Assembly: GCA_024679065.1 (NCBI GenBank) | Contig: JAGIQG010000016.1 | Span: forward strand, 46,810,001-46,874,000 | Reading direction: 5' to 3' | Length of the DNA: 64,000 nt | Origin: Sphyrna mokarran | Lineage: Eukaryota | In this document: one piece after another, positions 38,711 through 51,659 of the stretch | Numbering within the stretch: position 1 is the stretch's first letter | Layout: every line of letters begins with the position of its first letter | The notes under the pieces: generated by a model | What the model was told of the DNA's origin: nothing | The model's database searches: none | Seen by the model: only the letters and a program-made list of their open reading frames with translations | Program-made: the position numbers and the translations under genes

Positions 38711-39059
38711 TTAAATCAGCAGTTGCCTCCACTCAAATTGGATTTGTCAGTCAAGAAGTGTGAATCTCAAAGTGCTCAGTGTAGAGCTGGTAAGGGCAGG
38801 TCTAGACTAGCTGTATTTGTTTGGATAACCATGGAATTCTTTTAGAGAGATGCAGGTACTCCTGTGAAATTAACTGCAAAATTGTCTTCACTGTCCCAGA
38901 ATTGGCACAAATGCAATAGCCACTTATTGTGACTAAGGAGGGTGGGGCCGATGGACCTGGGGCAATTTTATTTTCTCCTTCCTGGTTCACGTAGCCAGGT
39001 GCTGGAAGAACGTTTTGCTTGAGAAGGGTGCTTTGTGTGAAGGAAGGTAGGTGACCATG

Positions 39060-39440
39060 CACACAGAGGCTATGGAAGCCAGCAAGGAGCTGAGAAAACA
39101 GCCTTGTGGGGCACTGGTGTTGATGCTGACCATTGTTGCTTATCCTTAATGATTGTGATCTGCGAGTTAGGAATTTCAGGATCCAGTTTCAGAAGGAGGT
39201 GCCGAAGTCGAGGCCATGGAGTTTGCAGATGACTTTTGTGGGAATAATGGTATTGAACACTGAGTTGTCATCAATAAATAAGAATCTGACATAGGTATCC
39301 TTGTTATCTATGTATTTCATGTAGGGCCAGAGAGATGGCATCTGCTGTGGACCTATTGCGGCAGTAAGCAAACTGGAATGGATCCAGCTAGTCCAGGAGG
39401 CTGGAATTGATTCCATGCCATGACTAAACTTTCATAATGA
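39060..39440 (-). mobile_element. Rex1/Babar LINE RT fragment
   Basis: ORF 39189-39416: IDNKDTYVRFLFIDDNSVFNTIIPTKVICKL; downstream STSAPQGC.LS motif. Confidence 0.85.
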
Positions 39441-40544
39441 TGGATATCAGAGCTCTAGGGCAAATGTAGCCAGAGAATACCACCCAAGGTTTTTGCCCAA
39501 ATAGCAGGCTTCCCTCAGGAGCACAATCTTTCTGATTGCACCATGTTGCCAGAAAGGCTTGCTTACCAGCCACTTGTGCTCCCATAAATGCTGCAAAGGT
39601 TTTGAATGCTCCTTGTCAGGGCCCAGCTGCAGCATCTCTTGAGATGAACACAATCTTCAATGTAGAGGGTGTTGAGTACTACACAAAGACTGGAATAAGA
39701 CGGCTCAATAACTATAATGACATCTTGGCAGGCCTTTCAACAGTTGATCCAGCTGTTCATGTGAAGGTTTCTTTTCATTGCTGGACTCCTGGATTCCTCA
39801 TCTGTGGGAGAAGAATTTATCCTCAAGTGAGCCCTCCCTGGGCAATTTCCCAGTCACTATTACCTGCTGTGCTGACTCATGCTGGGAGTTTGATTATATG
39901 CAGACCACTACCTCATGAGAGACTGGGCATCAATAGCTGTCATTTGCAATATGTAATATGAAGCTGTGAAATTTGGTAAATATTTGCTGAAGTGGGTGAA
40001 GGGTCGCGAGTAATCTGCACTCAGATAAACCAGTAGCGTCACTTTTCCCAATGTTCGGCTTTATCCAAGTTTCCAATTATCAGGGCTCCTAATCCTTTAG
40101 GTGAAGACTAGGATCCTTTCTGGTCTTGGACTACTCCCTTGCTGTTTAGATAGTAAAAGAGACCGAGAATTACGTTTGTTGAAAAGTGGGGGTGTGAAAC
40201 ATTGTGCATTTGTGTTGACAGCTGGAGAAGAAGCAAGAAATAATCAGGATGCAGAAGCGATGAATGTAGAAGGACGAATGAGAAAGGAGTGCCGAGAGCT
40301 TGATGATTCTGCAGGCGCCAGGATGTGAGCAGCGAATGCTGATGTGAAAATAGGAAAAAGGAAGTGTGTTTGGAATGAGAAAAACAAGTTGTAATTTGTC
40401 TCTGTGATTGTATGCTAAAGGGTATAACAGAGAGGAGCAAACTGTTGACAATGATGGCCAAGATACAATGAGACCTTGAACAGGAGTTGTTGAGAAATAT
40501 CAAAACCTGTCTACACCCTTGCTGCTCTTCTGCTCTGACTGTGG

Positions 40545-40870
40545 AATCATAGAATCATAGAATCCCTACAGTGCAGAAGGAGGCTGTTTGGCCTATCAAA
40601 TTTGCCCCAAACACAATTCCACCCAGGCTCTATTACTGTAACCCCACATATTTACCCTGCTATTCCCTTCACACGAGGGTCAATTCATGGCCAATCAACC
40701 TAACCCACACACCTTTGGACTATAAGAGGAAACCGGAGCACCTGGAGAAAACTCACACAGACACGGAGAGAATGTGCAGACTCCACACAGAGAGTGACCT
40801 GAGGTTGGAATTGAACCCAGGTTCCTGGCGCTGTGAGGCAGCAGTGCTAATCGCTGTGCCACCTTGCTGT
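40545..40870 (-). mobile_element. HE1-type V-SINE with HER1/CR1 tail
   Basis: Repeated GAATCATA antisense tail plus complete head and V-domain. Confidence 0.92.
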
Positions 40871-41427
40871 CCTACTGAATCTTCTGTCACTGAAACCAAG
40901 TGCTGGGTCAGTGCTACAAACACACTCCCTTTAAGTCAGCCTGCGCAACATGTGGAGAGCTGCAAATAAGTAACTAGGTCCTCATCTCTTACAAGGATGC
41001 ACCTGACAACCTGGAGGGATGCTAGTGATTCAGCAGTACAACAAGAACTCTGGCCACACTGTTGCAACAAAATAGAAAAGCAATAGAAAAGTGTAGTAAA
41101 AATCATATTGGACATATTAAAATAAGGCTTGGGCATGAAAAACGGCTTAGCCATCACACTTGTCACAAACGCTTGTAACTTGCCTGCCTAATTCCCTCCA
41201 TTGGGCCTTTGGCATGATTCAATGCAGTGTGAGTATCTAATCACACATTTTTGCTGACAAAAACAATGTCCAAATTATGAATGATATGCTATTGATTAAC
41301 CATGCTTTGTTTAACTATAGGATTGAATAATGTCCTTTAGTGAAGGAAATCAGCCATCCTTACCAGGTCTGGCCTACTTCTGACTCCTGGTTGATTCTTA
41401 ATTACCCTCTAAAATGGCCTAACGAAC

Positions 41428-42012
41428 TGTTAATGACTTCAATCAGGCCAATGGGGTTGGCCTATAGAATATGAACTCCCTGATTAAGGAATAAAGCAAG
41501 GCACCTACAGGTCCAAGCAGTTGGCGACCGAGGGGGTCATCCTATCTGACTGTCTGCCCTCTACCACGACTATATTCATGGCCAGGTGTCCGTGGAAAGG
41601 GAGCATTCAGGGTCTGAGGGCACTGCTGATGCCTTCCACACTCCCTGGGCATCGCAGAGTCTGGGATGTATTATTGACCCCTTAATCACAATTTAATTTG
41701 ATATTTTAAATTTTCTTTTCACTTTGTCTTTTGTTTCGGTCTGTTCCCCTCCCTTTGGGAAGCTATCCGTTTTGAGCTGTTCCTAAGTTAGTTTGATTTT
41801 GTTTATTTGGTTGGACAACAAAAGATATCCCTGATTAAGGAGTCAATTGATGGGCCAATCAGGGAGTCTTTTCCTTATAGTTAACCGGGAGTGTCAGTTC
41901 CTCTAGGATCCCCAAAGGTAGACTATTGACTGATAGTAATCTGTGTATTGCTGTTGGAGTTGTAAATAAAGGGATTTTGGTGAAGGGACTTTGCCAACAA
42001 AAACTTGTTACA
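41428..42012 (+). mobile_element. Solo LTR (TG...CA), itself interrupted by a Tx1 fragment
   Basis: Starts TGTTAAT, ends GTTACA; CCAAT boxes, TATA-like TTATAG, AATAAA near the 3' end; flanking TSD not clean. Confidence 0.65.
41491..41827 (+). mobile_element. Tx1-clade (L1-group) LINE 3' fragment with 14-bp TSD
   Basis: Frame resembling YRSKQLA.EGVILSDCLP..DYIHGQVSVEREH...DAFHTPWA..LGCIID; T-rich 3' UTR; TCCCTGATTAAGGA at 41477-41490 and 41828-41841. Confidence 0.8.
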
Positions 42013-42944
42013 CCTATGCCACTCAGTTGAAGAGGCAGTTAGGGATGGGCAACAAATGCTGGTCCAGTTAGCGACGCCCATATCCATCAAGTAATTTTGT
42101 AAAAATGAGAATTTTCAAAGCAAAATTAGGCCATTTTTTATTTCATTTATTTTTGTAGGTAACTGTAATCCTATATGGTTGAACACAAGCTAAACATTTA
42201 TTGTAAGGATGAAATGTTTTTCCTTTTACCATTTTAAATGTGGGATTTAATCTTGTTTAATTCAAGGGCATCTAATGCATATTTGGTTATGCATTAGATT
42301 CTATTATTTTTTCTGAAATGATTCGGTATTTCCATTCAAAAGGAAAATCGTTCACTGTAAATTGAACAGTAAACAATCAAGAGTTTGGCCACCATCAAGA
42401 TAATTTTATATTGGATGATTTAGATTGATCGAATTCAAAGGACTTGTTTAATCTGAATAAAACCTACCTATTATGTGTTCCAAAGATGAAGTGATCTGTT
42501 GCCAGATGGAAGCTAGAAGATTTGCTGAGAATGACACTCTGAAGAATGACCTTGCTGCTGTTCAGTTAGGATTGAGACTGGGATGGCTGTTGTGTAAGAA
42601 TATAAATGCTGCTGGAAGCTGATTAAGATGGCCATGCCCTAACTTTGGATAGGCTAATTATAGAAAGTTAAAGCAGAGCATTGGTTAGCAAAACATCTGA
42701 CTTGTCTTCTGCTATTAACAAAATGAGCCATGAAAGTTTTCGTGCAAAGATTTCTTTATTTTAAGTAGTTTTTAGTCATCCCAGGATTTACATCAGAGCC
42801 AAAAGGAACAGTTTTAAATCAAACTTACTGTTGCTTTAGAACACATCTGTACCAGAATATGTTGTCACACTTGATAGCTATCACCTCCAAAATAAGTGAA
42901 ATCGAAAATGGCTTAATTTTGCTTTGAAAATTGTCCATTTTTAC

Positions 42945-43130
42945 AAAATTCTTTGATGGGATCAGGGTATTGCTGGCTGGGGCAATATTTGTTCTCCAGC
43001 CCTAACTGCCCCTTCAACTGAATGACTTATTAGGCTATTTCAGATGGTGGTTAAGAGACAACCACATTGTTGTTGGTTTGGAGCCAGACCAAGTAAGGAT
43101 GGCTGATTCCCTTTCCTGAAGGACATCATT
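42945..43130 (-). mobile_element. tRNA-SINE 3' half
   Basis: Antisense tail GATGGGATCAGGGTATTGCTGGCTGGGGCAAT and body CCAGACCAAGTAAGGATGGC. Confidence 0.7.
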
Positions 43131-44292
43131 TCAATCCCTATGGTTAAACAAAGCATGTTTAATAAATTGCACATCATTCATAATTTAGACCTTGTTTTTG
43201 TTAGCAAAAATGTATGATTGTGATAGCTATCAAGATGCTGGAAACCTGAAATACAACATCTGTCTATATATTTTATCTTTTGTTTTATTGGTTAATTTCC
43301 ACTTTTCAACAATTCCACCAGTTCTTCTCTTTTACTCTGTTAACTTTCACTGGCATCTGTTGTCTCGCTCCATCTCCCCATACCCTTGGTTTGAATGAAA
43401 AGTCAGTGACCTAAAACATTAAACTGTATCTTTCTCACTTCAACCTGATTATTTCTCATCAGCATCTGAACTGATTAAACATGGAATTGACCTTGAAATT
43501 TCAGCCACAATAATGGACACTCAAAAAGTTATAATTCTGTAAAGAAAATAACAGTGCATGTATTCATTCACCCATGCCAATGTTGTGATTGTCACTTGCC
43601 TGATATGGGTGTGAAATGTAGATTGCCTAATGTGGCAGATGTCTCTTGGAATGATTTGAAAAGACCAAGCAATGTAAAAGCTTCATTTGGATATTTTCAT
43701 AGGAGCACTGCTCCAACTCCAGCTGTTGTGAGCAGGTTATTGTATAGAAGATGGCACAACTATCTTGTGAAGAGGAAACAGCAGAGTCAGATCGCTGCTG
43801 GCAGGTCCAGTTGGGCAGTGATGTAACAAATTGCCTTCGATATTGTTGCTGGCCCCACAAGAAGCTGCCTTTCTCATTTTAAATTTACAGTATCTTTCGG
43901 AGCTACATAGGAACGGTACCCAGCCTCACCATTGGAAAATCAGTTTCAAAACGAGCAGAGGACAAAGATAATAAAGAAAATATTTTTCTAAAAATTAGAT
44001 AATACGGAAACTCTGAACATTGACGATCACAAAGCATCAAGTTAATAATTACCTAATATAATTAAGAAGCCTGTACCCCATTTGTCCCATTTGAGGGCAA
44101 GACGTTTATAATGATGGAATCTCTTATGAAGACGTAGATCAGAATCCTCCAACCATTCACACCGGCGAGATTCCCTGGTCCCACCGGCAGCACAGGTCTG
44201 CCTGTATGTTTCCAGCTGACATGGGGTGACATCAATAGGAATTCCCATTATTGCAGCGATGGGACCAAAGATTCCCACCGACGGGAAACATG

Positions 44293-45040
44293 CAAAGAAC
44301 AAAGAACAAAGAAAATTACAGTACAGAAACAGACCCTTTGGCCTCCCAGCCTGCGCTGCTCAAGCTGCCTAATGAAACTAAAACAGGACAATATCCCTCT
44401 ACTCCCACTTTACTCATGTATTTATCAAGTAGACCCTTAAAAGCCACTATTGCATCTGCTTCTACTATTTCCTGGCAGCGAGTTCCAGGCTACCACTATC
44501 TACTGTTTGAAAAATGTGTCTCATACATCTTCTTTAAACCTTGCGCCTCACAACTTAAACCTATGCCCCCTAGTAATCGACTCTTCCACCCTGGGAAAGA
44601 GCTTCTGACAATCCACTTTGTCCATGCCCCTCATAATCTTGCAGACTTCTATCAAGTTGCCCCTCAACCTACATTGTTCCCGTAAGAACAAACCATGTTT
44701 CTCCAACCTCTCTTCAAAGCAATGCCCTCCATATCAGGCAACATCCTGCTAAATCTTTTCTGTATCCTCTTTAAAGCCTTCACATCCTTCTGTAGTATGG
44801 TGACCAGAATTGAACATTTAAGGTTCTGTAAAGCTGTACCATGACTTGCTGATTCCTAAATTTAATGTCCTGGCCAATGAAGGCAAGCATGCCATATGCC
44901 TTCTTGACTATCTTCTTCACCTATGTTGCCACTTTTAGTGACCTATGTACCTGTACATCCAGATCCCTCTGCCTATCAATACTCTTAAGGGTTTTGCCAT
45001 TTACTGTATGTTTCCTATCTTTATTAGACCTTCCAAAATG
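44293..45040 (-). mobile_element. CR1 LINE 3' ~750 bp inserted in a MITE (~44140-45065)
   Basis: Repeated AAAGAAC antisense tail; antisense ORF2 C-terminus (CCAATGAAGGCAAGCATGCCATATGCCTTC); MITE halves on both flanks. Confidence 0.9.
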
Positions 45041-45099
45041 CGGCTGGAAGGCTGGAGAATCTCATCTGTAAAATTTGCCACAGTATCAGAATGGTAGTT

Positions 45100-45435
45100 A
45101 GAATCATAGAAATCCTATAGTGCCAATGTTCATTTGGCCCACCAAGTCACACACCAACAACAATGCCACCGGGCCCTACTCTGTAATCAAATGTACTTAC
45201 CCCAGTAGTCCCCTGCCACTAAGAGGCAATTTAGTATGGCCAATCAACATAATCTGCACAACTTTGGACTATGGCAGTGGGGGCCGGGGGGGGGGGAAAC
45301 TGGAGCATCTGGAGGAAACCCATGCAGACACAGAGAGAACACACAAACTCCATACAGAGAGTCACTCAAAGATGGAAAAGAACTGAGTCCCTGATGCTGT
45401 GAGGCAGCAGTGCTAACCACTGTGCCATTGCATCG
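45100..45435 (-). mobile_element. HE1-type V-SINE with HER1/CR1 tail
   Basis: AGAATCATAGAAATCCTATAGTGC tail; V-domain; head GAGGCAGCAGTGCTAACCACTGTGCCA on +. Confidence 0.88.
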
Positions 45436-45949
45436 GGCAAAAGTTAAACAGAGCCTGAACAGTGTTTTCTTATAATTTTGGTCAACTCAATAGTTAGAAG
45501 ATTTTGTGTTCCACAATGTCCAAGTTTGTCTTTGGGCAGCAACTGGGACACACAAAAATCTTTCTGCGGACTCTGCTTAAAATTACTTTGTTAGTATCTC
45601 TAGGTGTTGAAGGAGAAAATTGGCATCAAATTTAATGTGCTTTTGCAGCCTGTAGAGTTCCCTTTGCTGTATCATGATATCACCCACAACTCTGTCCACT
45701 GACGTTTAAACACAAAGTTAACTGTCACCTGCTGGACCAGGGTTCCTAGAGCAAGTATTAAGCTGCAGGAAATCTATGTTTGCCTACTGATGTGGTATGA
45801 TAATTAAGACTATTAGATCATTGGGTTACACTATCTTTATTGATTCCTGCAACCTCAATCACATGCCCAATTAAATATTTATTCAGAATTTTTTGTGAAG
45901 GTATTAATTTAAAGAGCATTAACAAATGGTGGCAATGTGGACATGCTCA

Positions 45950-46080
45950 TAAAAATAAACAAAATACTGTGGATGCTGGACCCTGAACGAGAATGCTGGA
46001 AAAGCTCAGTTGATCTGGTAGCGTCTATAGGAAGGTAAAAAAAAGTTAATGCTTCAAGTCCATTTGACTCCTGTTCAGAC
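45950..46080 (-). mobile_element. Penelope-like terminal repeat fragment
   Basis: AAAATACTGTGGATGCTGG..AATGCTGGAAAAGCTCAG..GTTAATGCTTCAAGTCCATTTGACTCCTGTTCAGA; reverse strand is a degenerate CTGA..stem..GAA core. Confidence 0.6.
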
Positions 46081-46502
46081 GTGCTCATGTCTGAGTCAGA
46101 AGCTCAAGTCCAAATACTGAACTTAGCCAATTATTTAGACTGCCATTTCTGTGCAGTACTGAGGGACTACTGCATTGCATGTTAGAAGTTCTGCTAATGC
46201 ACCCTAGTGCTGATGACATATTTTGCCAATTTGGAATTCATTAAGTCTGCATTTAGCAGGGGTGATGGTGGAGGAGGGGCACACTCCACTTGGGGGTTCC
46301 ATCATCAAAAAGGAATCCATCTCTGCAATGGAAAAACATCCAGAAGGGCTCCAGCAATGGATTATGAAGAGTCAGAAACACAGTGAAGATCTGGAAGATT
46401 CCATGGAAACTAGGCTCATCACCAGATCACACTTCCAGGGAAGAGGGCTGAGGTAATGGGCGACTTCAAGCCCCTTTCCTTCCAGGAGGCACATCATGGT
46501 AT

Positions 46503-46660
46503 TTAGAAACATAGAAGTATGGAAAACAGAAGCAGGAATAGGCCATTTGGTCCTTTGAGTCTGTTCTGTTATTCTGATTGATCATGGCTGATCATCAAAA
46601 TCAATATTCTGATCCCCCTTTCACCCGTATCTCTTGATCACTTTAGCCCCACGAGCTATA
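46503..46660 (-). mobile_element. CR1 3' UTR fragment
   Basis: TAGAAACATAGAAG..AGCAGGAATAGGCCATTTGG..TGATCATGGCTGATCATC. Confidence 0.75.
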
Positions 46661-46959
46661 ATAGTTACCATCACCTTCCACATCAAGAGCCTGGGTGACA
46701 CAGATGGAGAGATGAGAAAGTCTGTTAGGATGCCTACCCTGCATCCTGTTGCTTTTAGCAGCAGTGCAGATAGAAAAATAGTGAGCAGTGGCAATATTGG
46801 CAGGGACAGAAAGAAGGAAATCCCAATCAGAGTGATGATTCTGTCAAGACTCTGGCATACTATTTTTCTATTATCATTCACCCAGTTTTTTTGTTGAATT
46901 CATGAGGAAATTAAGATGCCTATCTGCTTAGAGGCATAAAAAAAATTCCATCCACTGCC

Positions 46960-47720
46960 TCTGTGCTGTCAGAACGCTTGTCTAACATCCAGCTGGAGAC
47001 CAGCTGTTATTTCCTCCAGTTAAACATTAAAAGAATTGAAATCATAGTATTTGGCTCCTGTCGTAAATTCCGTACCATTGTCAATGACTCATTGCAGTCA
47101 CCCCAACCCTGCCCTTTTCCTGCTTCAGACTGAATCAGATATATATAACTCTGGTGCTCTATTTCATCTTGAACCATGCTTCTGACCCCACATCCTGTTC
47201 ACTACAAAGACTACATACACCCACCTCTGTCATTATCTCAGCCCCTCAGTTCCTTAAGCCCTCATCCACTTGGCATATTGAATATTTTAATACTCCTTCT
47301 AACAGCTTTCTTTCCTCCAGTCTTTATTAATTTGAGCCAAAATAAAATTCTAATTCTGCACCAAGTTCCATTTCCATCAACCCTTTTCTTGCTAACTTAC
47401 CTTACCTTCCAGTTTTCTATAGTCTGAATTTAAAATGTTCGTGCTCTCACTCAAATCCCTTCTTTGTCTTCCCCCTTCCCATCCCCATCACCATAATCTC
47501 CTCCAGTATTATAACACCATCCTTCAGTCTAGCCTCTGACCTCTTGTGCCCTGCTTCGCTATCCCTAGCAGCTGTGTGTCTATCCAAACACTCCTTAAAA
47601 TACATCCTTGGTTGGAGTTCTTAGTCTTACTATCCCCTTCCATAGCCCAGTATCCAATTGTTTGTTTTTTTTATTATACAAAATGCTTTGAGATTTTTTT
47701 TCGCTGGTGGGATACAAATG
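46960..47720 (+). mobile_element. L2 LINE RT C-terminus and 3' region
   Basis: CLSNIQ....YFLQLNIKRIEIIVFG and LNQ.....SG.LF..E..F.PHI...TK frames (L2 motifs NFLQLNxxKTE, RNLGVxFD). Confidence 0.75.
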
Positions 47721-48181
47721 GAAATCACTGTTGTAATTTTGCCACATTGCTTATTTAGATCACAAAGTTAATTACAGGGTTGATAATAAGATGCCAAATC
47801 TTTTCACAAGGCCGCATTTCAGCTGCACAGAAAAACGATGATACTCCATTCCTCGTTCAGATTTCACTGATACTGAATGAGCTTAAAAAATAATATAAGG
47901 GGACCAATAGTCTATGATTTATCAAACAATGTACAAATCTGTTTATATTCTGGCAGGCTCACTTTTGTTCAATTTTAATGGTCTGAAGTAATTACTTGTA
48001 AGCAGTTTAATATAAATGGTATTTATAAATTCAAACTTCTGTTGAAAATGCAATTTTTGTTATGGTGTGGATGTAGCTGCATGACTACAGATTCAAATAT
48101 TTATTATGTAACGCAGTAATCTTGGTTATGCTGTGGATGTGTTCTCTTGTATGAAGTTCAGCTAATGATACAGAGTAAATG

Positions 48182-48358
48182 GGGGAATTTTCCAATCTCC
48201 CAGCTGTGTGTTTTTTGGCAATGGGAAGTGGCATGCGATTCACTGACAGTGGGAATCTCTTGTCAATGGCACTTCTCATTGATAACAACCCATGCCACCA
48301 TGAAACCAATGGCTGCCAGTGGGACCAGTGAATACCACCAGCATAAAGAATTCCCCTC
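48182..48358. mobile_element. Short MITE (Harbinger-like)
   Basis: TIRs GGGGAATTTT / AAGAATTCCCC. Confidence 0.6.
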
Positions 48359-51300
48359 AGAGTAATGTTTTACTCTAATGGCTTTACGTGTGAAGACAAT
48401 TTATTTCAATTCATTATGCTCAAAAAATAAATGGATAGAAAACAGTATTAAATATCACCATGTAATGTATTTTCAAACACCACATTGTAGACTACCATTC
48501 GTGCATTCAATTCTGCCATAAGTCACTAAATCAAGCATTTTGTCCAAATATATATCTGAATTTATAAAATGACTTCAAAAAAAAAGATTTTTCATATCCT
48601 TCTTATGAAATGCACACTACATACCACTTTGATACCTAGCTACTACCAGATGACTTTCAAATGCCATGAATTTTAAATGATCATGTATTTCATATCACAG
48701 AGAATTTCTGGTGGCACATTAATTTTCAGGATCCTACACAATGCAGGAGGGATCAAAGTTAAACATATTGCAATCAAAATGAATTATTGTCGAATTTGGA
48801 TTCCGGGCGATTACGGTTTTAGGTTAACTACACTCTGCTTCTAATCTTAGAACCTTACAGATATGGAAGCTGTATATGGAAAGGGTAATTATATTTTTTG
48901 CATTTTAATTTCAAATTCCCAAATGACGTAGGAACTTAGAAATAGCAACTGGCAACATCAGCAGCTGTTCAATTCACATTCAATCCATGTAGCAAAGGTA
49001 TTAATTCATTTTGTAAAATTGGTGATCAGAAGGATGCAGATGGATTTATTAAGCATTCTGTCACCAATGGCTGCCAATAATCTAATGGCTGTTAATAATC
49101 TGTGGCCAGTGAAATGACTAGTCAAATAATAAAGAGCTGTTCAATTGGCAAATATGGAATTGAAAGCTTATAAATGGAAAACTGATAGCTGTGAATTGAG
49201 ATTTAGGCTGTATTTTGTCCTACTCTATTGATAAGCATGTAATAAGGGTGCTTTAATATTGCCCATTGGACCATGTGATTGCCTCACACCTTGCTTTAGA
49301 AGAGAAAGCGGATAACTTGAAAATTCCCTTTACAGAGATGAGGAATAAATTCAAGAATGCCATGGATAGGTGGGACCAAAATGCGGGATCAAAAACTGCT
49401 TTATGGAAATCAGTGCACATATACCTGAAATATTCATCTTAAAATCCTTTTTGCTATTGAAATGGAGGCATTAACATTTATATTAAATGGGCTATCACCT
49501 CAGCTAACCCGGAAAAATCAATTCCAGCTCAATAATTGAGTGTGCACCAATATGTGTCGCAAGTTCAAAGGAAATATAATATTTTTTCTGTATTATGTAA
49601 TGTACCTAGGACAAGAAAAGGTCTTTAGAATCCTGCATGTTTTATGTCCAATCTCATCCTCAGGAACCAGCTCCCTCTTTATCCTATTCTCACCTCTGGA
49701 TTTGGCAAAAAAATAGAGGCCAGTACACAGTTCAGGAATCCTCACTCAGTAATCTCATCCTATACTTCATAGAAGACCAGGTAAGTCCTGGAGGATATGC
49801 AGATAAGAATAAATTCCAAGAGATTCAAGTTTTCTTTGTTCACATATAAACGTTATTATTTTTCTGGGTATGTCAACCATACTGGGTATGTCAACCAATG
49901 GCATATTTGAAAATGAGCTAAAGGCTGAGTTTGTTTAGTGAGCAGCTGAGCTATTGGAACAGATTTAAACCCCCCCATCTGATAAGGGCCTTGGTCTATC
50001 ATGATGACAGTAATGTCACTGCAATTGATCTTTGAATTGATAAAGTGGAATTGGCCAATGTTCCCATTCTTGATCCTATCCATCAATATCTGGAAACCCA
50101 GTAGCCAGCTGACTCTCAAACTACTGTTATACAGATGAATAAAACATTTGAAGACAATGATGTTTACTGTACCCATAAGAGTATTAATGAGAGAAAACAG
50201 GAAGATAAAAAGTGAATGGACAGTCAGTGTGATTTCTGCTGCTTTTTAGAATAACATTGTATAAATATTCTAAAGTGCAAACATTACAAGGCTGTTAAAG
50301 CTTAATGACTTTTGTTGTTTTGCAAATGTGCTCCAATAAAAATCTAATCTATGTAGTTTGAGAAAAGAGATTTTCAGACATTTTATAGGATCATTGCTTT
50401 TCATTTAAACAGACCAATTATTCAGCTACAGTTTAAAAAAAATAAGAAATAAGAACTATAGATTGAGAATATACTTTTAAAGTATATATTTTGAATTATC
50501 CTGTTATCATCTTGAAAACTGTATACACGCACGTAAACTAACCACATAGATGTACCATCAAAGAATTGTACTGCTCATTTTTATGTACCTTTTTGTTGAA
50601 GTGTCAAAATTGCACTGGTTCTACAAACAATACTGTTTGTTGTTGATTACAAACATATTTTTCTCCTGCATATGGTTTTTAAGTAGTAAGATCTGCTTTC
50701 AGAACACTGTGATATGAGGGCATTCTATAGGGAACAGTTTGCCTTTCATGCTGTTTTAATATTGTGCACAAAATGCTATTACAGTATATGTGTAAACAGT
50801 GCCATTACTTTTTTTTACATTCATCTCATTGCCCAGTTAATATGATGGCTCCAGATCTCAGTCATTGTAGCTGCTGTATATAGCTGCTGGCAAATGCATG
50901 AAAATGAACTAGATTGTAACGCTCTGCAATGGGGGGAAAAAATATCTGTTGATCTCTGTTCAGCTCTGAGTAGAGATTTACCACTGGGAAAATGTAAAGG
51001 TTTTTTACACTGCATACCATGGAAGCAGTTCCAACAACTCTGACAATGGATACAAAACAATTCATCCTCAATTCATCTTGTCTAAGGGCCAAGCCAACAT
51101 GAGACTTGCAGAAATCATAGTGGTTGGGTTCCCCTGACACTCCAAAGAGGGTTAATTGAAAGCATTGAGTCCTGGGATTAGAGGTATTCACATCAGGAAG
51201 TGATTGAATTTAGTGACCATGTCTACATTATAGTTGTCCAGGATAATTTGCAGGATTCCTTATCATCATTAGTAGTCAACCGTGACCAAAAATGCTAAAT

Positions 51301-51659
51301 ATTATTTCATAAGGAAGCTCATCTAAATTGAATATTTACTATCATGTTACAACTGGATGCTACAGGCGGGATGTTTAACTGAAGAGAGGGAACATTATTA
51401 ATATCAGAGCTTGGGGGATGTGTACACTAACTACTTCCATGTAGTCAATAAAACCTGCCCAGGTCAGATGAGAACGTAATTTCTTATAATATTTACACCC
51501 AGGCCAGCATTATTCTTATTCAGATAGTTAAACTGAATCAAGAAAAAGATGAGGATGCCCACATATAATGGACATACAGAATGATATATATCTATAGGTT
51601 ACTATTTAGACATGTAAAGCTAGCAGACATGACTGCAACCAAAATAATCTAACATTTAG

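Larger units (their letters stand above)
41325..42095 (+). mobile_element. tRNA-derived SINE body and tail, split by an LTR insertion
   Basis: TGTCCTTTAGTGAAGGAAATC..AAATGGCCTA (to 41427), resuming GCCACTCAGTTGAAGAGGCAGTTAGGGATGGGCAACAAATGCTGG (from ~42013). Confidence 0.85.

Noticed and set aside
49864-49897. Tandem duplication of CTGGGTATGTCAACCA with a 2-nt spacer
   Set aside because: Only two copies; an ordinary slippage duplication, not an array.
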